NCBI RefSeq assembly: GCF_037042905.1 | Contig: NC_087251.1 | Location: forward strand, 1,736,001 to 1,798,000 | DNA: 62,000 nucleotides | Source of the DNA: Lytechinus pictus | Lineage: Eukaryota | Direction: 5' to 3' | In this document: in pieces, positions 38,176-51,700 of the stretch | Position numbering within the stretch: position 1 is the stretch's first letter | How the letters are laid out: every line of letters begins with the position of its first letter | Made by a program: the position numbers and the translations under genes | Notes under the pieces: model-generated | Told to the model about the DNA's origin: nothing | Database searches by the model: none | The model's input: the letters and a program-made list of their open reading frames with translations, nothing else

Positions 38176-40457
38176 ATCTCACTGCTCAAATAATGCGAGC
38201 GCAAAGCGCGAGCTGAACATTTTTGATATGCAAACCAAAAAAGGACATTATAAGCAAATTTTTGTAATCATGATACATACCTGTCTCGCTAAACAAACAA
38301 TGCAAGCGCGAAGCGCGAGCTGAAATTTTTGTAAATATTTACCCCAAACAAGGACATGTTAAGGACTATATTTTAGGAATCCATTAAGAGTATACATATC
38401 TCACCATAGTCATATAATGCGAGTGCAAAGCGCTTGCTGATTTTGCTACATCTGAACACATGAAGCACTTTTTGTACTCATTGTAATCATGATAATACGC
38501 ATCTCACTCATCAAATATTGCGAGCGCGAAGCGCGAGCTGAAAATTTAGGATATTCAGACCTGAAGAGAGGCATTCTCAGGCCTGTTTGTAAGAATTCAT
38601 TAAGACCATACGATACATATTTAACTAAACAAATGATGCGATCGAAAAATTTTGATATTCAGATCAGAAAAAGGGACATTTTAAGGACTGATTTTAGGAA
38701 TTCATGAAGAGCAGTCATGTCTCACCAATCTACTAGTGCGAACGTAAGCACGGACAGGAAATGTTTTATATTAACACCTTAAAATGGGGCAATCACTTTA
38801 AGTGGTCATGAAAAAGAACCATATGTCACTACATAAAACAATAATAAGTCGAAGTGCGAGGAAATATATTTGGTGTATATTGACTTAAAAACGTTAAACA
38901 GACAATGCGAGTACCGGGAACAATGAAGAAATCTAGGCCTGAGCAAAATAAAGTTATGAAAAAAATGTTTCTTATGTATTATAACATAACATTATTATAA
39001 TATAACATTATAATGAACAATAATTTCTTCATTCCCACTACGTTTCTCTTCCTTTCTCCTCTTCCCCGTTTTTTTTTTGGCCAGCCGATTGGGGGGCACG
39101 TGCCCCCATGCCCCCCCCCCCCCCCCCCGTAGTTACGCCACTGTGTTCTTGGAAATTCTTTCATTATTGCAGTGTACTGTACTTATAATTTTTTTTTGAA
39201 AATTCAATTTGTGTTACAAGTAAGCCTATTCTAAACTCATACGAAAGAAAAAATGACAAAAATTGTCTGGACCATGATGTACAAAGTGATCTGTTTATTG
39301 GACATAATGTATACAACTTCTCTCTTAAATCTAACCCGACTGGCGATATCTTTTTTCTTCTTAATGCATGATGATAAAATGCAGATTCGGACAAATTAAG
39401 ACTAGCACAAATTGCAAACTGTGTGGCTTCTCGTGCGCCATCGGGCTTACCGTCATTCCTTAGACGATTTTAACCCTGGAATTTAACATGTTTTAAATGC
39501 TTTATAAGTGCATAAAACAAAAACAAACATAAAAACAATTAAAACTCAACTGTCATGTTATGATATTTCTCCAACATTTTCTTGAACCATCAGTGTGTAA
39601 TATCAGCTAATATATGTGTTAAAATGAAATTTACGTACCGCATGAGTGTGCTCATATAGAATGCAAAACTGTCATCCCTTTCCAAACTCAAAAGAGATTT
39701 CTTTTTGCCAAAATAAGAAAGAGCCAATCAAGTTTAGTTATTCAAGTCCATAACAATAACAAGAATAACATGGAAAAAAAATCCGATGTTCATATCCGAT
39801 GATACGCCGTAGAGAGAAATGAATGATTATTCTTTCTGAAACCATTAATTGATTTCACTTATTAAAAAATTGTAAAAATATGATCATATTACCACTGGTG
39901 GGATGGAACACCCTATCAACAAAAGTTGTTTTTCGTCGGGGTCCTTTTATGTCATGCGTTAAAAAATATCATATACGTAAACATTTCATTCTTTTTCATC
40001 TTGAACCTCCACCCATCTGTTTAAAAGTCCTGGAAAAGAATGTTTTTATTTAATAACAATATACACAAATTGCGAGGGAAACAAACTGATTGATGGCATA
40101 CTATAATCATCACTATAATCATCATGATCAAACCTTTACATTTTTTAATCATCATTATTATAAATTTTCTACCCTAAATTATTGGGGGGGATGATAATAC
40201 AGGCCATCCCCCCCACTTGAAATATTGGGGGGGATATATCCCCCCCGTGATCGACACCCATGGTCACAGACACAGTCACATTCAATGAACAAGGTTATTT
40301 ATGTAATTAAGTATGATATAGAGATCGAACCTTGTTGAGTTTGTTCTCTGTTACGACTCCCTGTGGGAGAAAATAAGGTTGGCAAAGTTTGGCTTACTTT
40401 CTCTGACTGAGCTGCCTGTGCCTGGCTTACCTCGAGCATGTCGAGCGATGTTCGTGC

Positions 40458-41343
40458 CACTCTAGGCGACACCCCAATACTTAATACCCGTGTTAATAAA
40501 CTGGGACTCCACTCGCACATTTGGGCCGCCCTAGCTTGGAACTAAGCATCAATATCAATTCAAAACATATATCTACAAGTTATGTATAACCTATTTACTA
40601 CTTTGATAATGTTTAATCGGTACTCGCCTCACCAGTTCTTTTGTTGTATTTTCTCAAGAATTCCCACGGATTTGTCCCAAATCTTGCGACAAACCACGTC
40701 GTGGTAGACAGCTGTACATTCTTTTTTATTTATAAATAGAGCGCCCCTTACGATAGTTGTTAACAACGCGGCCAAATCGTTAGGTTTTTTGCACTGTGTC
40801 CAAGGCGTTTTTATTTTGTTTGATTTTTTATTTTTAAATAAATATTTTGTTAAATAGCGATTTTTACGTCAAATATTAAATTTATATCACAAAATATTTT
40901 TAATTGTAGAGATATATATAATATCATGCAATTATTTATTCTATATATATTTCATAATAAAATTTATAATTGTTGCGGTCTTTAAAAAAGGATAGTCGAT
41001 AGATCAGGTGATGACTACACGTATCACGTGATCTGAAAATCAGCTTCATACCGCTTTGATCGCACTCGACGGTGACCGGACTGACTGCCAAGAAAAGATC
41101 GAAAAAGGACTCAAATGTAAGTTTCCCTTTATTTTATTAAATTTTAAGTAGAAATAAGATGATATTTAATGGGCAATCTTTTAATAAATGATAAACAAAC
41201 GAGGAAAAAAATCGTATTTAGGGAGTAATATCATACTTGGGTGCAGGAAACAGTAACGGTTCTACTTCTAACCTGTTTTTAACGCATTGTCGCCTATGAG
41301 GTCCATACATGCTAATGTTTGGACCTCATTGGTACTAGGAGTG
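40458..41343 (+). mobile_element. Intact 886-bp CAC...GTG element with 8-bp TSD
   Basis: TSD GTTCGTGC (40450-57, 41344-51); short TIR CACTC(C)TAG; second copy at 26728-36269. Confidence 0.9.
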
Positions 41344-42049
41344 GTTCGTGCAGGCTCCACTTCACTACCGCTACACTACGGCTACGCTCCACCTACCCGA
41401 ACATCGAGACGGTGAACCAGTTCGGATATACCGAGTTACAACGGTGGGATGGAAATCATGTTTATCGTAAAAATTAAAGAAACAAAATATAACGAGAAAG
41501 ATGAATAACTTAATATCTTACTCTACACCTGTATTTCACTCCGTTTCCATCCTCCGGTTATCCTCAAAATTGGTGATTTTGGGCCAGTATCTTTTTCCTC
41601 ACATGTATTATTCACGGCTGATTTCAAAACATCGCATGCGATCGCGATCAGTCGCAGGTCAAACAAAATAACAAGATAGAGACAATGCAAGATGGTAAGA
41701 CATACAATACCAAAGTCAGAGAGTGCGTTTATCCCTGCATTAGCCATCAAGTCTCCACAGAAAATATATCCCCCTTTAAAGTTTGTAGTTGAAAAATGAC
41801 AAGTAAACAGGTAGGAAACTACCTGATGCATCAACTTGTTCTAGGATGGTCCCAGAAATGCATCAGAAAAGATCTGTAAGACAGCCAAAACACCACAATA
41901 AAATATGATGGAACAAAAAAAAGAAGGCACTTTGGAGAGGTGCAAATCGCTAACAAGAACAAAACATATACAATAGGAATACCGGTACATGAAATGGCAT
42001 CAGATGGATGGAGCTAACTTGCAGGGTTCACTCACAGGAGATTTCCAGG

Positions 42050-45000
42050 ACTGATTACTAGTAATCGCTAGAAAAAGAGCTTTGAACTTCTTGAATTTGA
42101 ACATGGTGCTGGAAATCTAGTCTTTTTTGCCATTTGGAGTAGTTTTTGGATACAGACGTTCAGGCAAGTGATTGGAGCTTATCTTGCTTTTTTACTCTAC
42201 TCCCATCTATACATTTGTTGGTGTTAAACTCTTCATTTTCTGTAACTATACCATCATGTCAGGATCTAATGCTTCATTGAACACAAGACAGACGGCAGCT
42301 ATCACTAGCAAAGTTATGAAAGACCTGCTGAAGAATGAGGAATTTATTAGACTACTTGATTAAATTGTTAGCAATGCTATTGAAAAGAAACTTGATGAAA
42401 GGCTTCAACAGTTAGCAACCCTACAATCTGATGTATTACTTGTATTACTAACAAAGAAGGATGAGGAAATCAGCAAGCTGCAAACAAAGGTTTTGACATG
42501 TAGGGGGAAAATATCTTATCTGGAGAATGCAGCAGATAGCATGGAATTGTACTACCAAAGATCATGCATCACTATCTTTGGCAAGGAAGAAAAGAAAGGG
42601 GAAAGCACAGATGACATTGTTACAGATATCATCACAAAGGAACTTGGTGTTTCATTAGACCCAGCGAAGGACATCGACAGATCACACCGAACAGGGAAAC
42701 ATCTGAAAGAGTCTGAAGGAGCTTCTTTGCAAGGAAACCAAGACCTCATTCTATTAATGCGAAACTTACTTCTAGGTACCAGAGAAAGAAAGAAAATCTT
42801 CAGAACAAGAGAAGTTGAAAGGATCTTGGATCTCCATAACAGAATATCTTACTGTCAGGAATCATTTTCTTCTTGCTCAAGCTCGAAAGTGTGAAGTTGT
42901 TCAGTTAGCATAATCTTCTGATGGCCACATCTTTGTTCTAATTACCTGCATCTGGATGAAAATCTGTCACAAAAATAATCGCAAATGAAGAAGATATCAA
43001 GAAACTAAAATAATGAAATGAAGAAAATTGACTATGAACAAAATAATGAAAGACTGAAAAGAATGTACTATGATGTAAAATAATCTGTTTTAACATGTAC
43101 TGAACATTGTATATTTTTTTCTTTTCTTTTGTTGGTCTCTATTTGGAAGTAAATAAAGTCATTGATTAAAGATGAAGTAAAGCCTTACATGTATCAGGGC
43201 CTCAATTTAAAATTTTCTTATTGTATGTTATATGTTAAGAACTCTAATTGACAGATTGAATAGAAAGTAAAACAATTATTTTGTTCTGATTTAGGGTTTA
43301 TTTTGTTTTTTAAATGAGAAAATCAATAAATTTATTTTTACAGATTGGACTGAATTAAACATTACATTACTATGTAACAATAAAAATGCATTGAAACCAT
43401 ACTTTTTTTTACTGGCAGTAAGGATTAAGTAATGGAGACTGAATTTTGAATTTGTAACACATGCAAATTACTATTTTGAGTCAGGAGTAATTTTTAATTT
43501 CCTATCTTATAACATTCATGAGCTATAATTATCTTGTCTGCCCTCATTTTTTGCTACTCATAAACATGAATATTGTCCAAGCTACTCCATCTACCTTAAT
43601 TTGAATTCTACATGTACCTTTGATCTTGATATTTTTTTTATATAAACACCTTTTTTGTATTGTAAAGGCCTCTAGTGTGAATGAGTGTATGTATGAATTG
43701 CAATACTACTTCTTCTACTCAGTCATGGATTTGTATTGACTGTATCTCAGATATTCTGCCATTTAATACCACATTTGCGATGACAGTGAATTTCATCTTA
43801 CATTTTATGACTTTATCATTACTTTCACATATCTCAAAATATTAATGTTGACAAAATACAAAGCTTGAAAGTTAATCCATTTTTTATTGATTCTTCAATT
43901 CATCAATCATTTTATGTAGAAGACAACTCATATGATAGATAGTGATAATAGTTTCCCTGAAATTGGTTTTACTGAAAAGTGTAATTAGATGTTTTGCAAA
44001 GATTTCTATACTAAACATGCAAAAGATCACTTAAACTTTTCACTTTTTCATGTCAAATCAATGCCAGGAGTCTTCAGAGAAATTTCGATCATTTTAATGC
44101 ACTATTATCATTGCTCGATTTTAATTTTAGTGTTATGGCAGTATCTGAGACTTGGTTTAATCTCAATACAAATATGAAATATAATATCACAAACTATAAT
44201 CTTGTTCACTTGTGTAGACAAAACAAAGTTGGTGGTGGAGTCGCATTGTATATACCTGTACAGTTGAGGCCAAAAGTTTACATACATGTTAGAATTCAAA
44301 GAAATTCGTTTACTTGCCAAGCATCGTAAAATTTACTATATCTTCAGAAATATAAATACTACCATGACAAATTTGGTATAAAATGAAAGAGCGTATTAAG
44401 CTCTTTCGCATGATTGGGATGCTGTTGGGATTAAAGTATATTTCAGATGGAATTTTAAAAAAAAAAAAAGTAATATTCGTGCCAAATGTATTCTTTTGTT
44501 ATTATATTTTCAAACATCGTTTCATAGAAATATATAAATGTCAAATCTATGATTTATATTACATTTTCTATCATGATATGTCACCACTGAACAAAAATAT
44601 GAAGATTTTTTTGGAAAAAATGACACCTAAATACTTTTCAGCTCCTGATGACAATGCAATGTGATGAAGGGGCATGACATACTCATTTGTTTGATATCAA
44701 ATTCATCATGATAGCACAAATATTTTATAACATACAGTAAATTTTATGATGTTTAGAAATTGGCAACTTTTCTTTGAATTTCCTGGGTCAGTGGGTGTAT
44801 GTAAACTTTTGGCCTCAACTGTAAATAATGATTTTAGTTATTCGTTACGTAGCAATCTTTCATGATACAGGAACAGTTTGGTTTTCGGAAGAATTATTCC
44901 ACTTCTTTTAGTGTGATATGTTTATCTGATTATATTTTAAATGAAATAGAGAAAGGCAACTTTTGTTGTGAAGTTTTTTTGGACCTGGCGAAAGCATTTG

Positions 45001-46499
45001 ACACTATCGATCATCACATTCTTTTTAAAAATTTATAAAAGTTTACCGTATATGGAATCAGAGGTTTATCTTTACAGTGGTTTGGAAGTTACTTATTAAA
45101 TAGAAAATAATTTGTGGTGGTCGATGGTGTTGAATCTGTTATATTAGATGTTAATTTAAGTATACCACAAGGTTCCATGCTCGGGCCCCTCCTATTTCTA
45201 ATATATGTCAATGATATTATGAAATCTTCTAATTTATTGAAATTTTCACTGTTTGCTGATGATACTGTTGTTTTTGGTTCACATAGAATATTTTTACTCT
45301 TACAGCTTCAATGAACAAAGAATTGAACATGTTGAATGACTGGTTTATATGTAACAAACTTGTCTTAAATTTTAGGTTAACAAAGTATATTATTTTTTCA
45401 TTCCAAACGTTAAAAAAAATTCCATTGAATCCCGAGCCAATAAAAATTGATAATACTGTTATTTCTAGAAATGAATCATTAAGTTTTTTTGGTGTATTGG
45501 TACATGAGTTACTTGACTGGAAGTATCATGTTGTTAATAATTGTTCTAAGCTTTCAAGAAGTATTGGTGTATTATCAAAACTTGTAGGTACTGTTTACTT
45601 GGTATTAATTAACATTTATAATGCCATAATCTTGCCACACCTTAATTATTGTAATGAGATATGGGGTAAAATGTATAAGACTATATACAGAAATACTATA
45701 TTTTACAAAAAAGAGCACTAAGATTGATAACAAAGAGTGACCTTCGTAGTCCCAGTCTAACATTATTTCTTTATCTAAACATTAAATTCCTAGATATGAT
45801 CTTGTAAAATTAAATATATCTGTCTTTATGTTTAGATACCACAGAGGAATTCTACCCAAAATATTGAAAAATATGTTTAAAACCAATGGTTCCTTCCATA
45901 GTTACCACACACCTATAGATGCGAAATAATCTTTGTGTTCCTTTTACTCATTTAACAATGCAAACTCATTCTATTTGGTACACAGATGTTCATGAATGGA
46001 ACTCACTGAGCATCAATCTTAAGTCATGTTCAACACTCTCTCATTTCAGACTTAGTATTACTGAAACAATTAATTAAAAAAACTGTCATCCTTGGCTGAG
46101 TAGACTCCCTTCTTTTTCATTTTTTTTGCTTTCTTTTTTCCCCTCTTTCTTCATTTCATCTTCTTTTCTCGTTCTCACTTTCACTATGATTCTATTATTC
46201 CTCTCGTATCTGATTTTTCTTTCTCTCTCACTTTCCTTATTCTTTTATAACAATGTAACATTATATAACAATTGTGGGTGTGCTTTTTTATGGGTATGGT
46301 GTGCAGGCCTGTAGCTAATACTAATGTTTTAAAACAAAGTTGATTTAATATTATTTTTTGGGGGTATTTTATTGTATTTCTTAATAAAATATAAGCACAG
46401 GTTGCTTTTTTTCAGAGGTCCTGGCTCATTCACATGTATTTGTTTACTTTGTAACTTCTTGATTGTTTTATTTTGTCAAATAAATTGAATTGAATTGAA
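42050..46499 (+). mobile_element. Decayed CR1-clade LINE (ORF1, endonuclease, RT, (ATTGA)n tail)
   Basis: ORF1-like DIDRSHRTGK; endonuclease VSETWF and GGGVALYI; RT FLDLAKAFDTIDH, PQGSMLGPLLFLIYVND, LFADDT, PHLNYCNEIWG; AATAAA + TTGAA tail; internal deletion between endonuclease and RT; 5' boundary approximate. Confidence 0.9.
44261..44821. mobile_element. Tc1/mariner MITE inserted in the LINE endonuclease region
   Basis: TA TSD; perfect TIR CAGTTGAGGCCAAAAGTTTACATAC. Confidence 0.92.
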
Positions 46500-47449
46500 C
46501 AGCAGAGTCCTATGTAAGAAATGAATCTGTTGAAAGTCTTCACTCTTTATCTCAGTCATGTATTATCCTCGGTAATATATCAAACACTATGACGGATCGT
46601 CACATTGTAAATAAATACATGTGCAAACTCAAAACTTCTTGAGAATTCGGAGGGCAATCTCAATTATTTCTATTGTGGTATGCATACAATAGATACTTTT
46701 GTGAAAACAGCTGAAAAAACAGTCAAGTCATGGGAGGAAGGAGTGAAGAAGGATGATGCATTTCTTCATAGCTTTCGGTCAAGGAGTTGTAGTAAAGCAT
46801 TTGCACTTGTCCAGTCGCTGTGCAGATTATGCTTCAAGGATGTTGTTGGACTACCAAATGAACTTAGAACTTTTCTCAGAATGAACGGCATCAAGAAACC
46901 CCCTTTGGAGCCCTTCATGGGAAACAGGTTCCACATTTATTTTCATAATGCAGGAGCTTGCTTCTTCCTTCAGCTAAACATTAATTGCAAACTTCCTCAC
47001 AAAGGTATTGACAGATAATCAAAATGACCTTCATCGAGCTGTTATTGTTTTAAATCTAAGCTATTGTATGATTGGTTTTTGCGCCCTTGGACTCGTAGGG
47101 AAATACCTAACAGGACCGTGGATGAGAATGGTAGAAGCAGATCTGAACATCCTTGAGCTGAATCCCTTCTATCAGGAAGCAGCGAATGCTTTGGACCTCT
47201 GGAGTCAAGACTCGACATCTATAGTGAATAGACAAGCAGTTATTGCAAACAAGTAGAGATACTTCATTAGGAACTCTGTCTCTGGTCATGCGGGTGTCCC
47301 CAGGTAACCTCCGTGTTTTGGATCAATTATATTTTAACCACATGTATGGTTTATCTTACATAACAATAAGGTTCATTCTGGACACAGGTTCTTCTGTTCC
47401 TCTATGTCCAGTTCCTGGTGATATAAAGTGACATCTGAAGAATCTTCTG

Positions 47450-48295
47450 ATTATTATTATTATAAAGTCTTATTTATCCAGGGTAGTGATGTACACTGTT
47501 CTCCCAGAGGGCCCTGCTACATTTAAACACATACAAAAGAAAAAAAACAGAGGACAACAAAATTAGAATGATACAAACATAATAAAGTTTAGCGAGTTGT
47601 GTCTTATAACCTGGGTTAAGATCTACGGTTTCTCCAATAGGATGAAATAAATGATTGCAAGGTTGTAGCCCTTCTTACTGCAGATGGAATATTATTCCAC
47701 AGAATTGAACCGTGTACTGAAATCCTTTTCTTTCCCTTCTCTGTTTACACTTTTGTATTATGATCCCATAACTATCAGCATTTCTGGTACGGTGTGAGTG
47801 GGTGTTTGATAATTGGATAAACAAATCTGAAATATATTGTGAGCAACTACCATTTAGGGCATTGTAAACAAGTTTGATTATTTGGAATTTCCATCTCTCT
47901 ATTGAAACCCATCCTAACTTCTGCAGCACTTCTACAGTTGGGGTCCTAGTATCAACTTGTAAGATAATTCGAGCCATTCTTTTTTGTTGTTTGACAATTG
48001 TGTCTTTTACATTCAAATTACAATTGGACCAAGTCAGACTACAGTAATCAAAATATGGCATAATTAGTGCATTGGCAAGTACTTTAGAGCATGTTTGAGA
48101 AAGGAAAGGCCAAAGCCTACTGAGAAGTGATATTTTAAATCCTATTTTCTTGTTGATCTAAATGATTATTCCATAGTCCATACTAGGGATTGATCTAGGA
48201 ATACACCAAGATATTTATAGGAGGTTACTCTTTCCAGTATAGTGTTTTCTACACTAAGTTCAAAAGATTCGTGAACATTACCCAACTTCTGATGA
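47450..48295 (-). mobile_element. 5'-truncated L2/CR1-type LINE fragment
   Basis: Minus-strand YKYLGVFLD and PYFDYCSLTWSNC..QKRMARIIL; 3' tail similar to 3435-3521. Confidence 0.8.
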
Positions 48296-48568
48296 TGATG
48301 AAGTACAGTTTACCGACTGCTTATTATTGTACTGTATTTGGCTGGTCTGGTGTGGAGTTTGTACAGTGCCATTTTAAAAGATTCTACAAAAATACTATGT
48401 GCAGATAAAAAAACAAGTGAAAACTAAGTGCAGCTTATCAATTGAAAATACATGTATACATTATTTCAAATTTTGCTGAAAAATATAAATTTGTGGATTT
48501 CAGATCTCACTCTTCACAATCCAATTAAGAGATTTGATGTTCTTATTGTCTTTAATACCTTCAGGAGA

Positions 48569-48749
48569 ATGCTTAGACATAGAAACAAGACTCCAGTTCA
48601 AAATGAGGCACCAAAGACAACTCCTATCATAGCAAGACATGTCAGTAAGGATTATGCACCATTACCTGTTCTGGAGGTATTCATCTATGCTGCATTTATC
48701 TTTACAGTGTTTACCAAGGCTTTCTTTACACTATATGAAGCTTCCAAAG
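48569..48749 (+). CDS. HHAT: HHAT coding exon 1 (MLRHRN...LYEASK, phase 1)
   Basis: Acceptor ttcag ends 48564, ATG at 48569, donor G|gttag. LPVLEVFIY resembles the HHAT N-terminus. Confidence 0.75.
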
Positions 48750-51700
48750 GTTAGAATAACATTTTCTTATATTGATCTACACGTAAACCCCTCAAAAAAA
48801 GTTTGGAAATCTGAGTTTGGCCATTAATTTCTCCCAACTCCCAATTTTACACAATGCATATTTGATATCATTCAAAAGATCATTTAATTCTCTTTAAAAT
48901 GATACCATGCGTGTTATGATCGTGCCATCACGAAAAGAGTAGGATTCAAAAGTGTTGGATGAGGTCTGAATTGAAAAGCTGCAAAACGAGCAGAAATAGT
49001 CATGAAGGGTCAATACAGAACATGATTCTTATGTCTGTGTCAATAGAGCTGAAAATCCATTCAAATCAAGCCCCTGCTTCTTCAGTTTTTATGTTTTTTG
49101 TGGTTTATGTATGGTTTGAGTACCCATGAATACCCATGCATGTTTGTTTGTTTGTTATGTGTTTGCTTGTGCAGAGGTGTGTTTGATTCCATGTTAATGT
49201 TGATGTTAAGGTGCATGAAAACAAAAGAAACTGCTGAGAAACTCACTCATCACCACGGAAATAAGCATGGTGACATTCAATATTTTGTCATTTTACAACC
49301 TTTGAATTATGACCTTGCCCCACATTTCAATACACTGCACCTCCATGTGAACCATATTCATATCATGAAGGGTATCATTTTAAAGAGAATTAAAGGAGAA
49401 TGAAACTCTTGGAGCAAGTTAGCTTTTGTGAAAGCAGAAAAATCAAAGAATAAGATCAACAAAAGTTTGAGTAAAATAGGACTGGCAATAGAAGAGTTAT
49501 GAGCATTTGAATGTCGAGATCACTAATGCTATGGAGATCCTCCCATTGGCAATGCGACCAAGATCTATGATGTCACAGATGAACAACTTTCCCCCTTTGG
49601 ACACTGAAAATATACCCCAAAACATCTCTTTTTGCTCATTCTAATCATATGACAAACAATTCATCAATGATAATGTTGTGAAACCTCTGTACTTGTCCTC
49701 TCATAAAGAGAACACCTCACCTTGTGATAGACTCTATAAAAGTGAGAATATAAGTGAAATAAGTACTAAAGTAATGAGGGAGTTGTACGTGTGTGACATC
49801 ACAGATCTTGGTCGCATTGCCAATGGGAGGAACTACATGGCATTAGTGATCTCAATATTCAAATGCTCATAACTTTCTTATTATTCATTCAATCTTCCTC
49901 AAACTTTCAACAATATGTTTCTTTGATTTTTCTCTTTGATATGGATTCAGCTGGTTTCAAGGGTTTCATTCTCATTTAAATGATCTATTCATTGATATTA
50001 ATTACACATTGATATTTACTAAAACTGAGGAGGGATTAGCGATCAAAGTCAAAAGAAACCGCTGAGAAACGCACTTATCACCATGGAAAAAGAACAGTGA
50101 CTTTCAATATCGTGTAATTTTGCAACTTTTGAATTTTGACCTTGCCCTACATTTCAAGGCACTGCACCTCCATGTGAACCTTAATCATATCATGTAGGGT
50201 ATCATTTTAAAGAGAATTAAATGATCTACATGTATTCATTGATATTAATTACACATTGATATTTACTAAAACTGAGGAGGGATTATCAATCAAAGTCAGA
50301 TTTCCAAACTTTTTTTGATGAGTTTATTTTAAAAAGGGAAGGAATATGCCACATAATTTTAATCATGATTCAATCTTATTTTTCAGGTTAAACATGTCCT
50401 GTTTATCTGTCAAAATGCTGTATTTGAATTTGAATAATAAACTGTATAGACAATGTTTCTCTTCATTTGCCTTTATATACTAGTACTTGTGTGAGCTGTT
50501 TATGTGTGTAATCATTCTAATTCTATTATTTACATTTTATGCAACCTATGATAAGAATTGTGGACTGGATTCAAATGAATACCTTCAACTGTTTTTTCTC
50601 AATACAGAATACAAAGATGTTCTCTACTCATTCAACTTTGAAGAAGGCTGGTACATATTCTGGAACAAAGATAAGGTATCGATATTTTAAAAGTAAAGTG
50701 CACCCGAGAAAAGGGTTGATTTGAATCAATAGAAAAAAAATCAAACTAGCATAACGCTGAAAATTTCATCAAAAATTGGATGTAAAATCTGAAAGTTTCA
50801 ACATTTTAAAGTTTCTCTTATTTTTCACAAAACAGTTAGGTCTACATGTGTATGAACAACTCAGTGACATGCAAATGAGAAGGTCGATGATGTATCTCAC
50901 TCACTATTTCTTTTGTTTTTTATTGCTAGAATATTTCAATTTATACAGATTTGATAATAATGACTAACTTGACTGAATCACAATTTGTTAAAACAATGAT
51001 CATTCCGCATGTTCTGGGAGAAATTAAAATTTGTTTTACATGGCAATGAGGAGAAAATTGAAATATTTTGTGGGTGATGTCATCAGTCCCCTCATTTGCA
51101 TTCTGACCAGGAAGTGCATATAACTGTTTTGTAAAATTAAGCAAAGCTTTAAATTATCACCCCTTTTTTATTTTACATCCAATTGTTATGAAATTAATTA
51201 TGCTTGTTGGATTTTTGTCTTTTTATTCAAATAAGCTTTTTGTTGGGGTTGACTTTTCCTTTAAAGAATTACTTATATTCCTATGTAATTAAATTGTAAA
51301 GAAATTGCAGTTACCATGACTTGTGTATAGATATTTCTGTAGTTGGAAACATATAAACAAATGACAAATCATAAGTGCTGAAGTCATTGATTGTCATCCT
51401 TACAGGTAATGTTCGACATAAATACATCGAGTTGCTCTTTCGAAGAAGGAGCGCGCGCGAGTGCAGCGCAGCAGTCCAGCACAGTCTAGTCCAACGAACG
51501 TAGAGGGCAGCAACACACAAGCGTGTTGCTCTAAGGAAGGTCAACTCCGCTCGAATTTTGTGACCACTTTAAAAAATAAGGTGGGGTTTTGGGAAATTTG
51601 TCGAGTTGATTTTTTTTCATTTGTTAATTTCAAATATTTTTTAATGGACAATTATTACATCGGTTATTCTGAGTATAAATATTAAAAATATTACTTTTAT

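Larger units (their letters stand above)
26668..39143. mobile_element. hAT-type non-autonomous element (level 2) with GCGAGCGCGAAGCGCGAGC tandem repeats
   Basis: TIR CAGTGGCGTA / TACGCCACTG; 8-bp TSD TGTTCTTG (26660-67, 39144-51). Confidence 0.88.
26530..40262. mobile_element. hAT-type MITE, outermost shell of nested stack
   Basis: TIR CATGGGTGTCGATC / GATCGACACCCATG; 8-bp TSD GTCACAGA (26522-29, 40263-70). Confidence 0.88.
41700..47260 (+). pseudogene. Decayed DDE transposase with CxxH motif (hAT-related), split by a CR1 LINE
   Basis: Fragments NTTIKYDGT..YTIGI (41880-42010), SNTMTDRHIVNK (~46580), YCGMH, EPFMGNRFHIYFHNAG, ALGLVGKYLTGPWMR; frameshifts and stops throughout. Confidence 0.6.

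Noticed and set aside
26728..41343. One 14.6-kb element with ~900-bp TIRs (Transib/ProtoRAG-like CAC ends)
   Set aside because: Each arm has its own 8-bp TSD, so these are two independent inverted insertions of one family; no RAG-like ORF or heptamer-nonamer seen.
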